A DNA stretch of 63,971 bases, the filler included, from an uncultured bacterium (GTDB lineage: Bacteria; Hinthialibacterota; Hinthialibacteria; Hinthialibacterales; Hinthialibacteraceae), in the NCBI GenBank assembly GCA_964449065.1. It is 3 parts of 3 records of this genome, joined end to end, with 100 filler letters (N's around TTAATTAATTAA, not from the genome) between each part and the next. Parts side by side here need not be neighbours in the genome. Positions count along the whole stretch, not along the records: positions 1 to 23,279 come from CAYVAZ010000032.1; 2 more parts are not named here. One strand, given 5' to 3'. How positions within the stretch are numbered: position 1 is the first letter of the stretch; the number at the start of each line of letters is the position of its first letter. The position numbers and the translations under genes were made by a program. The notes beneath the pieces were generated by a model that saw only the letters and a program-made list of their open reading frames with translations, was not told the origin of the DNA and made no database searches. Positions 1 to 9,483 of the stretch are shown piece by piece.

Positions 1-20
1 GACGCTACATTGAACTCGAT

Positions 21-587
21 GCTTCAATGGAGCCACCGATGTTAATCGGTGGAAATTACCAATTTCCAAGTTCCAACGATCTTCGCGTGATTTTGCTTCA
101 ATGGAGCCACCGATGTTAATCGGTGGAAATTGCCTAGAGGAACTAGAGACAATCGGATCACTGGACCGCTTCAATGGAGCCACCGATGTTAATCGGTGGA
201 AATGATGGCGTTGAGTACGCGATTGCGTTTGGTGATATCGCTTCAATGGAGCCACCGATGTTAATCGGTGGAAATGAGGCGATCTCCGCTCGAGAAAATT
301 TCCGCGTCTCTGNNNNNNNNNNTAACGCGCGCGGGTTGTGTTTCCAATAAAAATCAATTTCGTCATCCTCTAATAGATCAGCGGCCAGTTGTTGTTCCCA
401 GTTTTCCATCCACGGTCCCAACGTGTACTGAACATGCTCCAACGACTGTTGCTCAATATTCGAAAACGTTGCACGGTCAAGCTCGCCAATCAGGTGCGGC
501 TGCACGCCAAAAATCGAGGCGATCTCCGCTCGAGAAAATTTCCGCGTCTCTGCTTCAATGGAGCCACCGATGTTAATCGGTGGAAAT
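21..587 (-). CRISPR. CRISPR array (type I-G/I-U-like repeat); probably continues beyond the window start
   Basis: Identical 36-bp repeat GCTTCAATGGAGCCACCGATGTTAATCGGTGGAAAT at 21-56, 95-130, 168-203, 240-275 and 552-587, with 36-38 bp spacers. Internal palindrome CCACCGAT/ATCGGTGG. The minus-strand repeat ends ATTGAAGC. N gap at 313-322. Confidence 0.97.
323..551 (-). other. Fragment of HK97-family phage portal gene inside the array (protospacer context)
   Basis: Translates ETRKFSRAEIASIFGVQPHLIGELDRATFSNIEQQSLEHVQYTLGPWMENWEQQL, the characteristic HK97 portal segment. 516-551 is identical to the spacer at 276-311. Confidence 0.85.
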
Positions 588-758
588 CGCCCCTAATCTT
601 AGGCACTGAATCGACTCGCTTTGCAGGGGCTTTTGCGAGCGACTCTTCCATATTCTATAACAGGAAATGTTATTTGTCCAGTTATTCACGTCATAACTCC
701 TTAATTATCAAAGATCGAGCGCTCCCTAGAGAAAACGCGCCATTCCACCGCTCGCAAA
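588..758 (-). promoter_or_regulatory. CRISPR leader
   Basis: Non-coding region between cas2 and the terminal repeat, AT-rich centre, two CGAGCG motifs. Confidence 0.75.
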
Positions 759-1049
759 TCAGACTACGACGGCAAACCGCTCCGATGGTTCATACGGTTT
801 ACCCAGCGCAACAATTTCTTTTTCCAACTCACCACCCGCAGGACCAACGGGAAACACCAACACTTGATCTTCGGTATGGTGAACGACTTCATCCAGTTTA
901 CTTAATAATAATACACGTTCTTTGTTAGAAAGGTCAGCGCGAAATACAGAAAGTTGCAAATGGTCGCCGAACCCGCGCATAATTCGAAATACTTTTCGTA
1001 ACCGTTTCGCGTCGCATACATCATAGGTAATAATATAGAGCCTTCGCAT
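759..1049 (-). CDS. cas2: CRISPR-associated endoribonuclease Cas2
   Basis: 96 aa; YIITYDV, GDHLQLSVF motifs; adjacent to cas1. Confidence 0.95.
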   Translation of the reverse strand: MRRLYIITYDVCDAKRLRKVFRIMRGFGDHLQLSVFRADLSNKERVLLLSKLDEVVHHTEDQVLVFPVGPAGGELEKEIVALGKPYEPSERFAVVV

Positions 1050-1055
1050 AGTTCG

Positions 1056-2756
1056 CTACCTGGTATTAAAGGTTGGCGGAGTGTTGATTTCTCCCGTTAA
1101 AAAACGGCCCAACAGCCGCGCTTGCACTTCAAGAACGCGGCGGTAACTGACCCGATAGTTGAAAACAGGGTGAGTAATCAGTGAATCCATACGCCGTTCA
1201 TACGCCATAATAAACCGTTTTCTTGCTTCTGGTTTGAGAGAGACGGCGTCTCCTGCTTTGATAAAATCGCCGACTGAGACTACTCCCGTGTTGATCGATG
1301 TAAGTACGGTTGAGTCGGCGATAATGGGCCGGAACGGTTCCATCAGATCAAGCGCAAGCGCTGGACGACCATAGCGGGGCTGATGGTAAAAACCTAAATA
1401 GGGGTCAAACCCCACGGTCAAGAGCGTCAGCGTCAAATCTTTAACCAATAATGAATAAGCCAATGACAACAAGGCATTCACCGGATCGCGGGGAGGCCGC
1501 CGATTCCGCGATTGAAAATCAAATTGCGGTTGGTCGGGTTGGCCTTCTTTGGGTTTGATCATATTTGAAAAGTGTTGAAAATAGATTCTTCCAGCGTTGC
1601 CCTCTACGCCCAATAACGTCTCTAACGAATCGACGGTTTGGACGCGGTCTTCCATGTGTTTTAGTTCATTGAGCGCGAGTTCAACATCATTAGTTGAATT
1701 TCTGCGCAGCAGAGTGCGTGAGTTTTGAATTTTATCGCGAACGAGAGTTTTGGCGATCAAAATAGCCGTTTCATTTTCTGACGCTCTATATTGCTGGCGG
1801 CGCAACTCGATGTTCTTATGGGGCATTCCAGCGCAAAGTCCGTTAAACCATCCGCCATACGAAAAATATAAAACGGGAATTTCACGCTGCATGAGTTGTT
1901 GAACGGCTTGCGTACTGATTTGAACGGAACCAAACAAACAGACGTGCGAGAGTTCCATCAATCGAATTTTCGCTACTATGCTTCCTTGTTTTTTGACAGT
2001 GAGTTCTTCGCCGGATTTTCCAACGTACCCCCCTTGTTCTTGTGCATAAAGCGGAGACGCGTCATCACGAGCCGGATATAAACGTCTTACCGCGTCATCA
2101 TCAGAACTGGCTTTTTTCTCTTGCGTAAACAGGGTTTCATCGGGAAGACAAATTCCGACGAGAGAACAAGCAGGACACTTGGGGCTATCAACTAACGGGG
2201 GCGGAGTTTGTCCTTTTTGAAATGTGCTTCGAAGTTCACGGGCGAGTTCATGGCATCGTTGCAGCAGCGGTTCATCCATCGTAACGGGAACACGGCGGCG
2301 GGATTGCGCGTAATAGATAACTCCGCTTGAGCAGCGATAGCCGTTCTCGCGCAAAACGATAGCCTGCGCTGCGAGTTGAACCCGTTCGGGTTCGTAGGAT
2401 TGGTCTTCATTATTGGGAATCGAACCGCGTTTGTATTCAACCGGAACCGCTTCGCCGTCTTCGGCTTCGATCAGGTCCATTTTGGCGATAAAACCCGCGT
2501 CGGGCGCAGAGAGAGTAACCGACCGCGCATGGATGGTCACGCTGTCGGCGTTATCCATCTGGTCGGCATCTGGCAGCGAACCGCCCGGCTGGTCAACGCG
2601 GCGGTGCTGACGGGTTCCGTCGAGCGTCCATTCGTTTTCGCGCCATTCCTGATCGACCCATTCGAGAGAACACAGACGGGGGCAATACGCGAACTCATTT
2701 AACATCCGCGCCGGGATGAGATCAGGTGGATTGATGACGCTCGTTTTCGAGTTCAT
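1056..2756 (-). CDS. cas1: Cas4-Cas1 fusion (type I-G adaptation)
   Basis: N-terminal Cas4 (YCPR, DLIE, EYKRG, CPACSLVGIC); C-terminal Cas1 (GVEGNA, RRPPRDPVNALLS, DPYLGFYH, LDLMEPFR). Confidence 0.95.
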   Translation of the reverse strand: MNSKTSVINPPDLIPARMLNEFAYCPRLCSLEWVDQEWRENEWTLDGTRQHRRVDQPGGSLPDADQMDNADSVTIHARSVTLSAPDAGFIAKMDLIEAEDGEAVPVEYKRGSIPNNEDQSYEPERVQLAAQAIVLRENGYRCSSGVIYYAQSRRRVPVTMDEPLLQRCHELARELRSTFQKGQTPPPLVDSPKCPACSLVGICLPDETLFTQEKKASSDDDAVRRLYPARDDASPLYAQEQGGYVGKSGEELTVKKQGSIVAKIRLMELSHVCLFGSVQISTQAVQQLMQREIPVLYFSYGGWFNGLCAGMPHKNIELRRQQYRASENETAILIAKTLVRDKIQNSRTLLRRNSTNDVELALNELKHMEDRVQTVDSLETLLGVEGNAGRIYFQHFSNMIKPKEGQPDQPQFDFQSRNRRPPRDPVNALLSLAYSLLVKDLTLTLLTVGFDPYLGFYHQPRYGRPALALDLMEPFRPIIADSTVLTSINTGVVSVGDFIKAGDAVSLKPEARKRFIMAYERRMDSLITHPVFNYRVSYRRVLEVQARLLGRFLTGEINTPPTFNTR

Positions 2757-2866
2757 GATCAGGTTTTTCCTTGCAAAGTACAATTAACCTTAACCCGAAA
2801 TAAAAAGAACCAATACTAAAGATGGCTTCTATATTTCAGACGCTGTAATCTATTAATAAATAATAA

Positions 2867-4018
2867 TTAATTCGATGTCAGCTCTCTGTGCTTGACATTC
2901 AACTCGGCGACAACTGCCGCCTTTTGTCCTTCCGTTTTCGCTGAAGTTTCAACCCGGAATTTCACTGTATAGGTTTTGTTGGAGTAAATGCCTTCAATGC
3001 CATCAACCCCCACTCGGAAGCGAGAACGTTCGGGCAGGTCGGGATTGTAGTAAAAGGTACTGCATTGAACAACTTGGGGTATCTCATTGGTAATCTTTTC
3101 CAAGTACCGTTTGACTTCTGGATGTTCTCCCGGCCAACCCGATTGTTCCAGCCGGGGTTCGCGTTTTTGTTCATTTGGCACTTCAGGCGGCAAGACTTTA
3201 TCCTTAACGGAACGAAACCGTTCATGGAATGTTTCGTGAAAGATTTGACCGGTAGGGGAAAGTTCAATGTAATCCACTCCATCGATTTCAATCCGCTCGA
3301 CCAGGCTTTCATATTTCTCGTCCCATTCATCTTCAAATTGAGAGGCTGGTGCGGGTTCTGGATTGCGTTCCAAATCAAACAGCATGCCGCTGGCGCGCAT
3401 CCAAACCTCAAAATCAAGCGATATAGGCATGGGTGGGAAAGCGATGATCTCACTAAATCGCTCATGCTTATAAAAAACGGGAACGCCAAGCGCCTGCCCC
3501 AGCAGCACGCCAATAGCGATTTGCGCTTTATATCCGCCAGTGGCATTAATGGCGCAAGTAGAAGCGGAACGCTCACGAATAATTTTGCACATTTCCTTCG
3601 TAAGATTACGCAGGCCTTTGGTGCGAAAACTCTTGGGGTCTTTGTCCTGCAAATCATTGACGGCGATTGCCTCAACCGGAGTGTGGCCTTTCTTTTGATA
3701 ATACCGCTTAAGGACCTCGGCAATACTGCAACCATCATCGGTATCGGAATGAAGAAAGAACAAGCCGCAGTTAGGGGGTACATACTGCTTTTCAATCATG
3801 CTGGCAATGGAGTTGATTTCCGCCCCGCAGAGGCGTTCCGTAGCAGGTATGTTAGCAAGTTCTCCAGCGACGCCAGTCCAGCTTTTGTTATCGTAAGATT
3901 CTGCTAATGGTCGCTGTTCATCAGATAGTTTGTTCTCGATCAATTCTTTCTTGAGGTTTTCCAGATTTGGGTAAAACAAACTAGTGCCAACCGTGCAAAT
4001 GAGGATATTGGGTTTCAT
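2867..4018 (-). CDS. APE2256-family CARF protein with wHTH and C-terminal RelE-like domain (Cami1-like cOA effector)
   Basis: CTVGTSL, GAEINS, HSDT, NATGGYKAQ, YKHERF CARF motifs; ~100-aa C-terminal extension; 383 aa. Confidence 0.75.
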   Translation of the reverse strand: MKPNILICTVGTSLFYPNLENLKKELIENKLSDEQRPLAESYDNKSWTGVAGELANIPATERLCGAEINSIASMIEKQYVPPNCGLFFLHSDTDDGCSIAEVLKRYYQKKGHTPVEAIAVNDLQDKDPKSFRTKGLRNLTKEMCKIIRERSASTCAINATGGYKAQIAIGVLLGQALGVPVFYKHERFSEIIAFPPMPISLDFEVWMRASGMLFDLERNPEPAPASQFEDEWDEKYESLVERIEIDGVDYIELSPTGQIFHETFHERFRSVKDKVLPPEVPNEQKREPRLEQSGWPGEHPEVKRYLEKITNEIPQVVQCSTFYYNPDLPERSRFRVGVDGIEGIYSNKTYTVKFRVETSAKTEGQKAAVVAELNVKHRELTSN

Positions 4019-4040
4019 GGCTAATCACTTTTTTAAAATA

Positions 4041-5171
4041 TCATTTCGATGGTAAATCCAGCAGGCGCTTGGCGATTTTCTTTTGCCGGTCTTTGAATAT
4101 AGATTTATTCTTATTTTTACCCTTTGTTGCATCTGGGTTTTCCAGCAATCCAGGAAAATGCTTTTTGACCAATTTTGATAAGTAGTCAATTGCGTCCCGC
4201 TGCGGGTCATTTTCGAGCCGGTCTAGCCATGCTTCAATGACGCCATCTCTTGTAAAAACATTTTTGTTGATTTCCCAATTTTCTTTCAAGGAAAGTTTAA
4301 TGATTTCTATTGCGAGCGCACTTTTACCTTTCAGTTGATCTTGCAATCGTCTTTCTTTTTGTTCTTGTTCAATAGCTTTTTGAAAATCCTTATCAGCATT
4401 TTCACTAGTTTCTTTATTCTGCGAAAACCGGCCAAAGCCAACGGATGTCTTCGCGCCTGCGCCGATCCATTCAAGCGAGTCTCTTAACCAAACAGCGGCT
4501 TGCTCACAATCCTTTTTGTCTTGGTCATTTTCGCCATGTTTAGGCAGTATCCCAAATTGGAAGGTGCATCCCGGCGCGACCACAAGAAAAGGTATCGGAA
4601 CAGGGCTGTACCAGTCGGCGGGAGGGTTCTTAACGGGATCACCACTATAGTATGGAGCATAATGCGGCGTCATGATATCGGCTTTGAGTTGAACCGGTTC
4701 AATGGGGATTGCATCAAGGAAAATTACCGAGCCGACATTTTTTTGATTGCCAATAATGCGATTGACATCTTGGTCGCTTGCTTTACACCATTGCCCTGCC
4801 CAAGCCCGTACCATCCCTTTGATCGAAGTCGCTGGTAGATAGGGAACACCCAACGTATGATGCCAGGCAAATCCATTTTCGACTGGATGCTCACGTCCCA
4901 AGCCGGTAACAAAGGCGCTGGCCAACTTATAGAAGATGGGGGTTCCTGATTGTTGTTTTATCAAGCGATATAGCCTTGCCCTGTAATCATCAAGATTTGC
5001 ACTTTGCGGATTGGATACTTCATTGATCCAATCCAGTTTGCCATTTTCTTTAAGTGACTTAAAGTTATCTTTCCACTGATTACAAAACTTGTCATACCAC
5101 AATCCAGCATTGCTTTTTGGATCAAACTTCTGTGGTATATGATTTTGAACGTCTTTATAAAGAGGTAACAT
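4041..5171 (-). CDS. cmr6: Type III-B RAMP Cmr6
   Basis: GLGREHPVENG, GVPYLPATSIKG, DIMTPHY, GAGAKTSVGFG. Confidence 0.95.
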   Translation of the reverse strand: MLPLYKDVQNHIPQKFDPKSNAGLWYDKFCNQWKDNFKSLKENGKLDWINEVSNPQSANLDDYRARLYRLIKQQSGTPIFYKLASAFVTGLGREHPVENGFAWHHTLGVPYLPATSIKGMVRAWAGQWCKASDQDVNRIIGNQKNVGSVIFLDAIPIEPVQLKADIMTPHYAPYYSGDPVKNPPADWYSPVPIPFLVVAPGCTFQFGILPKHGENDQDKKDCEQAAVWLRDSLEWIGAGAKTSVGFGRFSQNKETSENADKDFQKAIEQEQKERRLQDQLKGKSALAIEIIKLSLKENWEINKNVFTRDGVIEAWLDRLENDPQRDAIDYLSKLVKKHFPGLLENPDATKGKNKNKSIFKDRQKKIAKRLLDLPSK

Positions 5172-5605
5172 TATTTTTCCTCACTTGAATCTTTCTGGGG
5201 ATTTTCTTTCAAGTAGGCGGCGGCAAATTTCTTAAGCCAACTCAAATATGCCAACGCTTCCGCTTGGGCGTATAGATAGGCGTCTTCATCATTCTTAGTA
5301 ATTTGCTGCATGAGGTTTATATCATCGTTTGATTGATAAGGCGAACATTTGTTCGACTTACATAGCCAATCTTCTATTTGACTGTATAAAAGCCAATGAG
5401 CATCTTCCTTTTTCCCTTTTGCCGCCGCGAGCAAGGTTGCCATCGCTTGTCCAAACCCATTCTGTAAAATGGTCGCGGGCAAGCCTTTGACATAAGAAAC
5501 ATAGTGACCGTATTTATTTTCTTTTTTGGTTTTTTCAATTTGATCATACGCATGTTTGGCGCGTTGCATGTCGATGGTTTGATTCTCTGTTGTTTGATTA
5601 TTCAT
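5171..5605 (-). CDS. cmr5: Type III-B small subunit Cmr5
   Basis: RAKHAY, LPATILQNGFGQA, WLKKFA; position between cmr4 and cmr6. Confidence 0.93.
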   Translation of the reverse strand: MNNQTTENQTIDMQRAKHAYDQIEKTKKENKYGHYVSYVKGLPATILQNGFGQAMATLLAAAKGKKEDAHWLLYSQIEDWLCKSNKCSPYQSNDDINLMQQITKNDEDAYLYAQAEALAYLSWLKKFAAAYLKENPQKDSSEEK

Positions 5606-6398
5606 GCTCGCCTCCATTGTGAAATGCAATCGAAAACCAACCCTGGCCGACTGTCTCATTGCCGCCGATTTGAATGTAGGGTTTTTGATTCAATTCGTCT
5701 TTAATCTTCTTGGTTCCGTTACTTTTAGAATCCCGGTCTGCCATGACAAAATACATGAGTGTATCCGGCGGAAGATATTCCTCGTACCATAAATTCCTGC
5801 TTTGTTTCTTATCATCCAATTGATTGCGCGCTTGGACCGGCAATGCGTATTGAGCGAACCAGGAAAAATCATCATTGGAGAGAAAAACGAGTTGGTCTTC
5901 AAGACGATTTTGAGCTTCAGAATGTGCGATCAGTTTTTTGACTAAATTGAAAGCGTCTGGTAAATTACCTTGATGCTGAAAGTTTCTTTCTTCCAGAAAA
6001 AGCGGTTTATCTTTATCCCCTTTGCCAAGATATTTCTTTGACTCAATTTTCGGTAACTCTGCACAACCATTTAAGCCATTTCGTTTCAGATCACGTTGAA
6101 GACGTTCAATCAGCATGGGGCAGGTTGCCCATTTATAGGCGCTGGTCAGGCTGCGCACCGGCAGCAAAAGCAACCTCGCATCTGAAATCAAAACGCTTCC
6201 AGCGTTGTCATGTTTGCCAAACAGGGATTCATCATTTCCGATCCGGTCTTTCAACGCCCCCTTCATACTGGAACCCGCAATAAAGGGGTAGCCTGTTGAA
6301 GACTCTCTGGCAACCGGATTGTCTATGACTCCGACATCCTGATCGCTTCCTGGGTGAATAAATGTTTCTGCTAACAAACCTACCAGTAGTGCACTCAT
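5598..6398 (-). CDS. cmr4: Type III-B RAMP Cmr4
   Basis: IHPGS..GVIDNPVARE (catalytic Asp retained), GSSMKG, LWYEEYLP, QIGGNETVGQG. Confidence 0.95.
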   Translation of the reverse strand: MSALLVGLLAETFIHPGSDQDVGVIDNPVARESSTGYPFIAGSSMKGALKDRIGNDESLFGKHDNAGSVLISDARLLLLPVRSLTSAYKWATCPMLIERLQRDLKRNGLNGCAELPKIESKKYLGKGDKDKPLFLEERNFQHQGNLPDAFNLVKKLIAHSEAQNRLEDQLVFLSNDDFSWFAQYALPVQARNQLDDKKQSRNLWYEEYLPPDTLMYFVMADRDSKSNGTKKIKDELNQKPYIQIGGNETVGQGWFSIAFHNGGEHE

Positions 6399-7537
6399 CG
6401 TTTATCTCCTTGTTTCCAAGTTCCAATGACAATCAAACCAAATCCCCAATCTTGACATTCTCCGATGGTTGTTCCATGCAAGTTCTCGATTGCAACTTTT
6501 TCAGATTCTTTCGCTTCAAAATAAAACACGCTGCCCGGCGGTATATACGATTTTAAGGGAAGCGGCTTGCGATTGACGCTATCCCATCCGCCCCACCGTT
6601 GTGGTCGTGGAAGACATGCACTGACTAAGGCGCCGGGTAAATTCAAGAATGGCTTATTTGGAGCGGGAATGTCTCCATCGGAAATTCCCAACGGAGTTAA
6701 TGCAACAAGTGAATAATAAATCATTCCATCCACTGGTTCTAAATCGGGCCGTTTGGGTATGAAATCATCAAGATTAGAATCGTTAATATCCAAATAACAG
6801 GCGCGAGATTCACCGCCAACTGGCGCAATGCTTGATTGATTGGAGAATCCAATACGTTCAGGTAAACCCGATGCGAACATATTGAGTTTTACGTTCGGGA
6901 ATAAGCGTATATGACGAGGAGAATACATCGCGCCTTCTTTTGTGGTGCGGGTTTTCTCATCACGCTGAATACCGATCCGGGGTTCCATTTTCCATAGATC
7001 GGTATGATGAATTAAAGAATCCCCTTTAGGCGTATCGTTACATAGAATAGATTCCAAACCTGATTGGGTAATCCACCACTTTTCCAACGTTTTCAAACCC
7101 TCTCCATCTCCATTGGGCAATGTCGGCAGTCGAACCTCCATTCCCATATCACAACGCAACGCTGCTCCAGGCCGCAAGAAATTAAGACTTGTTGGTTTGT
7201 TATTTCCCTCCGGATCATCAGGCAGTTTGCCCATCAGGCAATATGGCACAGGAAACAGAGGGGCATCATTCTGGTATAGAATTGGGCCGCGAAATTTCAT
7301 TCCATTCAGTTTCAAACCATCACCTAGATTTTTGATGATGTTCGCAGTCCAGCCGTTCTTCCCATCCCATCCCAAAGCGCGAGCATACGCAGCGCGAATT
7401 GCGCCCACCAACGTGTTCGGAGACGGGGGAAACTGACTTGTTACATCGTTCTGGGTGGTTTCACCTTGGTGATAAGGACGACCATCGCGGAAAAACAATG
7501 TGTCTACTGGGGTGAAAGCAACTCGCTTCCAGTTCAT
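6395..7537 (-). CDS. cmr3: Type III-B Cmr3
   Basis: PVDTLFFRDGRP, FPPSP.T..GA, GGESR, GGWD, PPGSVF, WGFG. Confidence 0.95.
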   Translation of the reverse strand: MNWKRVAFTPVDTLFFRDGRPYHQGETTQNDVTSQFPPSPNTLVGAIRAAYARALGWDGKNGWTANIIKNLGDGLKLNGMKFRGPILYQNDAPLFPVPYCLMGKLPDDPEGNNKPTSLNFLRPGAALRCDMGMEVRLPTLPNGDGEGLKTLEKWWITQSGLESILCNDTPKGDSLIHHTDLWKMEPRIGIQRDEKTRTTKEGAMYSPRHIRLFPNVKLNMFASGLPERIGFSNQSSIAPVGGESRACYLDINDSNLDDFIPKRPDLEPVDGMIYYSLVALTPLGISDGDIPAPNKPFLNLPGALVSACLPRPQRWGGWDSVNRKPLPLKSYIPPGSVFYFEAKESEKVAIENLHGTTIGECQDWGFGLIVIGTWKQGDKR

Positions 7538-9483
7538 TCGCGTATGCCCCCTTTTGCAAGAAAATGCGCCAACCGAATGCCTTCGATCTGTACTTGATTC
7601 TCATTTCTGTTGTTTTTCTCATTCTCGCGTTTATAGCCATAACAGGCATCGAGCAGAATTTGAATTCTCTTTTCGACTTCTTTTTGTTTTTCTTCCTGAG
7701 ATAAACTTTTGCCTATTTCAAGTTCACGTGATTTCATGTATTCCGCTACCAGAATTGGTTTGATATCCATGTCAGCAATTTTGTTGGTTTTATCATCGAT
7801 CAGCATGGGATAACGTTGGCGCAGATGATAGAAATATCCAGTGGAGAAGTGCTTTTTTTCAATTTCATTTTTGAATTCTAGTAACTTGTTGGGAGGATTT
7901 ATTTCAACATGACTGTTCCAGGTAGCACACCATTCAGCGGCTTTTCCGGAAGGCTTCAGCAACGCAAGCGCCAGTGAATCACGCCCATTTCTTTCTTTGG
8001 CTATATCATCCAGTTGGTGGTGTGCTTCACGCAGAACTTCACGCAGAGCATTGTGAAAATGGGTGAAAATGATGGCCGAGGATGCTGAGAATTTATCCTT
8101 ATCTTTATTTTTAATATCTATGAACGATTCCGTATAGGCAGTTTTCAATTCAATTGCGCATTGAATGGCTGTATTAATCGGCAATATCGCCAACACGTCA
8201 TCCCCGCCAGCGTAGATCGTAAAACCATTTTTATTTTTGACTATTTCAGAAACATTTCCCGTGAATTTTGAAAGCGATTCCGAGATAGCGTATGCCTCAT
8301 TCATTTGCAGTAGTTTCCCCAAGTGGTCGCCGTCCATCAATAACAAGGCATAGTAGGGGCTGGCGGGTTCGCCAACTTTTTCGTTCAATTTCTTCAAATG
8401 TATGATGAGTTCCTCTCTGGCTTCTTGATCCGGGTCTTTGCCTGAATCTGACTTTGTTTTACTCAATGGCCTGGCGCGATGATTTGTCAAAGCGGTTTCT
8501 AAAAAGAAGTTTCCATCCTGACTTGCCAGATCACCCAATGGTTTCAGTGACGCAATGACAGTCGCTCGTTCGCTTTTGATCGAATTCTTATCCTCCACCT
8601 TGTCTTCGACCAAATTTACATAATCTCGTAAGTTATCAATCTTTCCATTGGCTATAATTTTCTCCAGCCAGGGCACAGCTGCCATATATACAGTAGAAGG
8701 CCAGTTGCCGGTATATTCGCGTTTGCCACCCGGAACCCATCCAATGGTTTGTTTTAGCCTGGGTTCCTTTAGTTTCGGAAACAATCGTTTTACCAGCGCA
8801 ATCGAGCACAACCGTTCGTCATCACCCAAATCAAGCAAGCCAAGTTTATCTCGAAGCTGCTCCCAAAACTGGTTCTGTTTGTCTTTTTCCTGTGCCCGAA
8901 TAAAACCGGATAGTTCCTGATAATCGTTCATCAATACGCAATGATCACCGCCTTCTTCAGTCGGTAAATGATTTCGCCAGTTTTTGCGGATATCCAACCA
9001 ACGCCCATCTTCATTTAGATCATCCGATTGCCCCAACACCCACTGAATTTCCCAAAAATTTTTTACCTGCCGATCCCAAATTCTTTTAGTTTCATTTTCA
9101 TACGCTTCTATAGGTTCGATAAATTGCTGCCAGACGGCTTCGCATAATCCAAGCCATTTCTTCATGATTTGATTCTGGATGATGTTTGGATCAAATGAAT
9201 CAGGTATGGTTGCCTTAAACCGATTGGGAAGCGAACCAATCGGTGGATTGTCATGCCCTTTTTCAAGGATGGCTTTCAACAATTCATCTGTTGGTTCATC
9301 ACGGCTGCCCACAGATGGAAATTTGATACTCCCATCGTTTTCCAAAACCGCAGCCATAGCCTGTCCCGCCAACCAGGAAAGAAGAAATGAACCCGCCCAC
9401 AAGTCGCGTGTCCGCCGCGCTTGCGCCACGAACCCCTGCACGGGGCCGATAGAAAAATGGAGGATGTGAGAGGTATTATTCAT
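7534..9483 (-). CDS. cas10: Cas10/Cmr2 (no HD domain; cyclase palm intact)
   Basis: FSIGPVQGFVAQARRTRDLWAGSFLLS, MDGDHLGK, YAGGDD; 649 aa. Confidence 0.95.
   Translation of the reverse strand: MNNTSHILHFSIGPVQGFVAQARRTRDLWAGSFLLSWLAGQAMAAVLENDGSIKFPSVGSRDEPTDELLKAILEKGHDNPPIGSLPNRFKATIPDSFDPNIIQNQIMKKWLGLCEAVWQQFIEPIEAYENETKRIWDRQVKNFWEIQWVLGQSDDLNEDGRWLDIRKNWRNHLPTEEGGDHCVLMNDYQELSGFIRAQEKDKQNQFWEQLRDKLGLLDLGDDERLCSIALVKRLFPKLKEPRLKQTIGWVPGGKREYTGNWPSTVYMAAVPWLEKIIANGKIDNLRDYVNLVEDKVEDKNSIKSERATVIASLKPLGDLASQDGNFFLETALTNHRARPLSKTKSDSGKDPDQEAREELIIHLKKLNEKVGEPASPYYALLLMDGDHLGKLLQMNEAYAISESLSKFTGNVSEIVKNKNGFTIYAGGDDVLAILPINTAIQCAIELKTAYTESFIDIKNKDKDKFSASSAIIFTHFHNALREVLREAHHQLDDIAKERNGRDSLALALLKPSGKAAEWCATWNSHVEINPPNKLLEFKNEIEKKHFSTGYFYHLRQRYPMLIDDKTNKIADMDIKPILVAEYMKSRELEIGKSLSQEEKQKEVEKRIQILLDACYGYKRENEKNNRNENQVQIEGIRLAHFLAKGGIRE

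Noticed and set aside
158..928. ORFs spanning the CRISPR array and leader
   Set aside because: Read-through of repeats and leader; only the portal-like segment is meaningful.
2962..3907. Long alternative-frame and antisense ORFs (277 and 280 aa) over the CARF gene
   Set aside because: No recognisable motifs; shadow ORFs of a well-supported gene, like those at 35297, 44715, 52189 and 52373.
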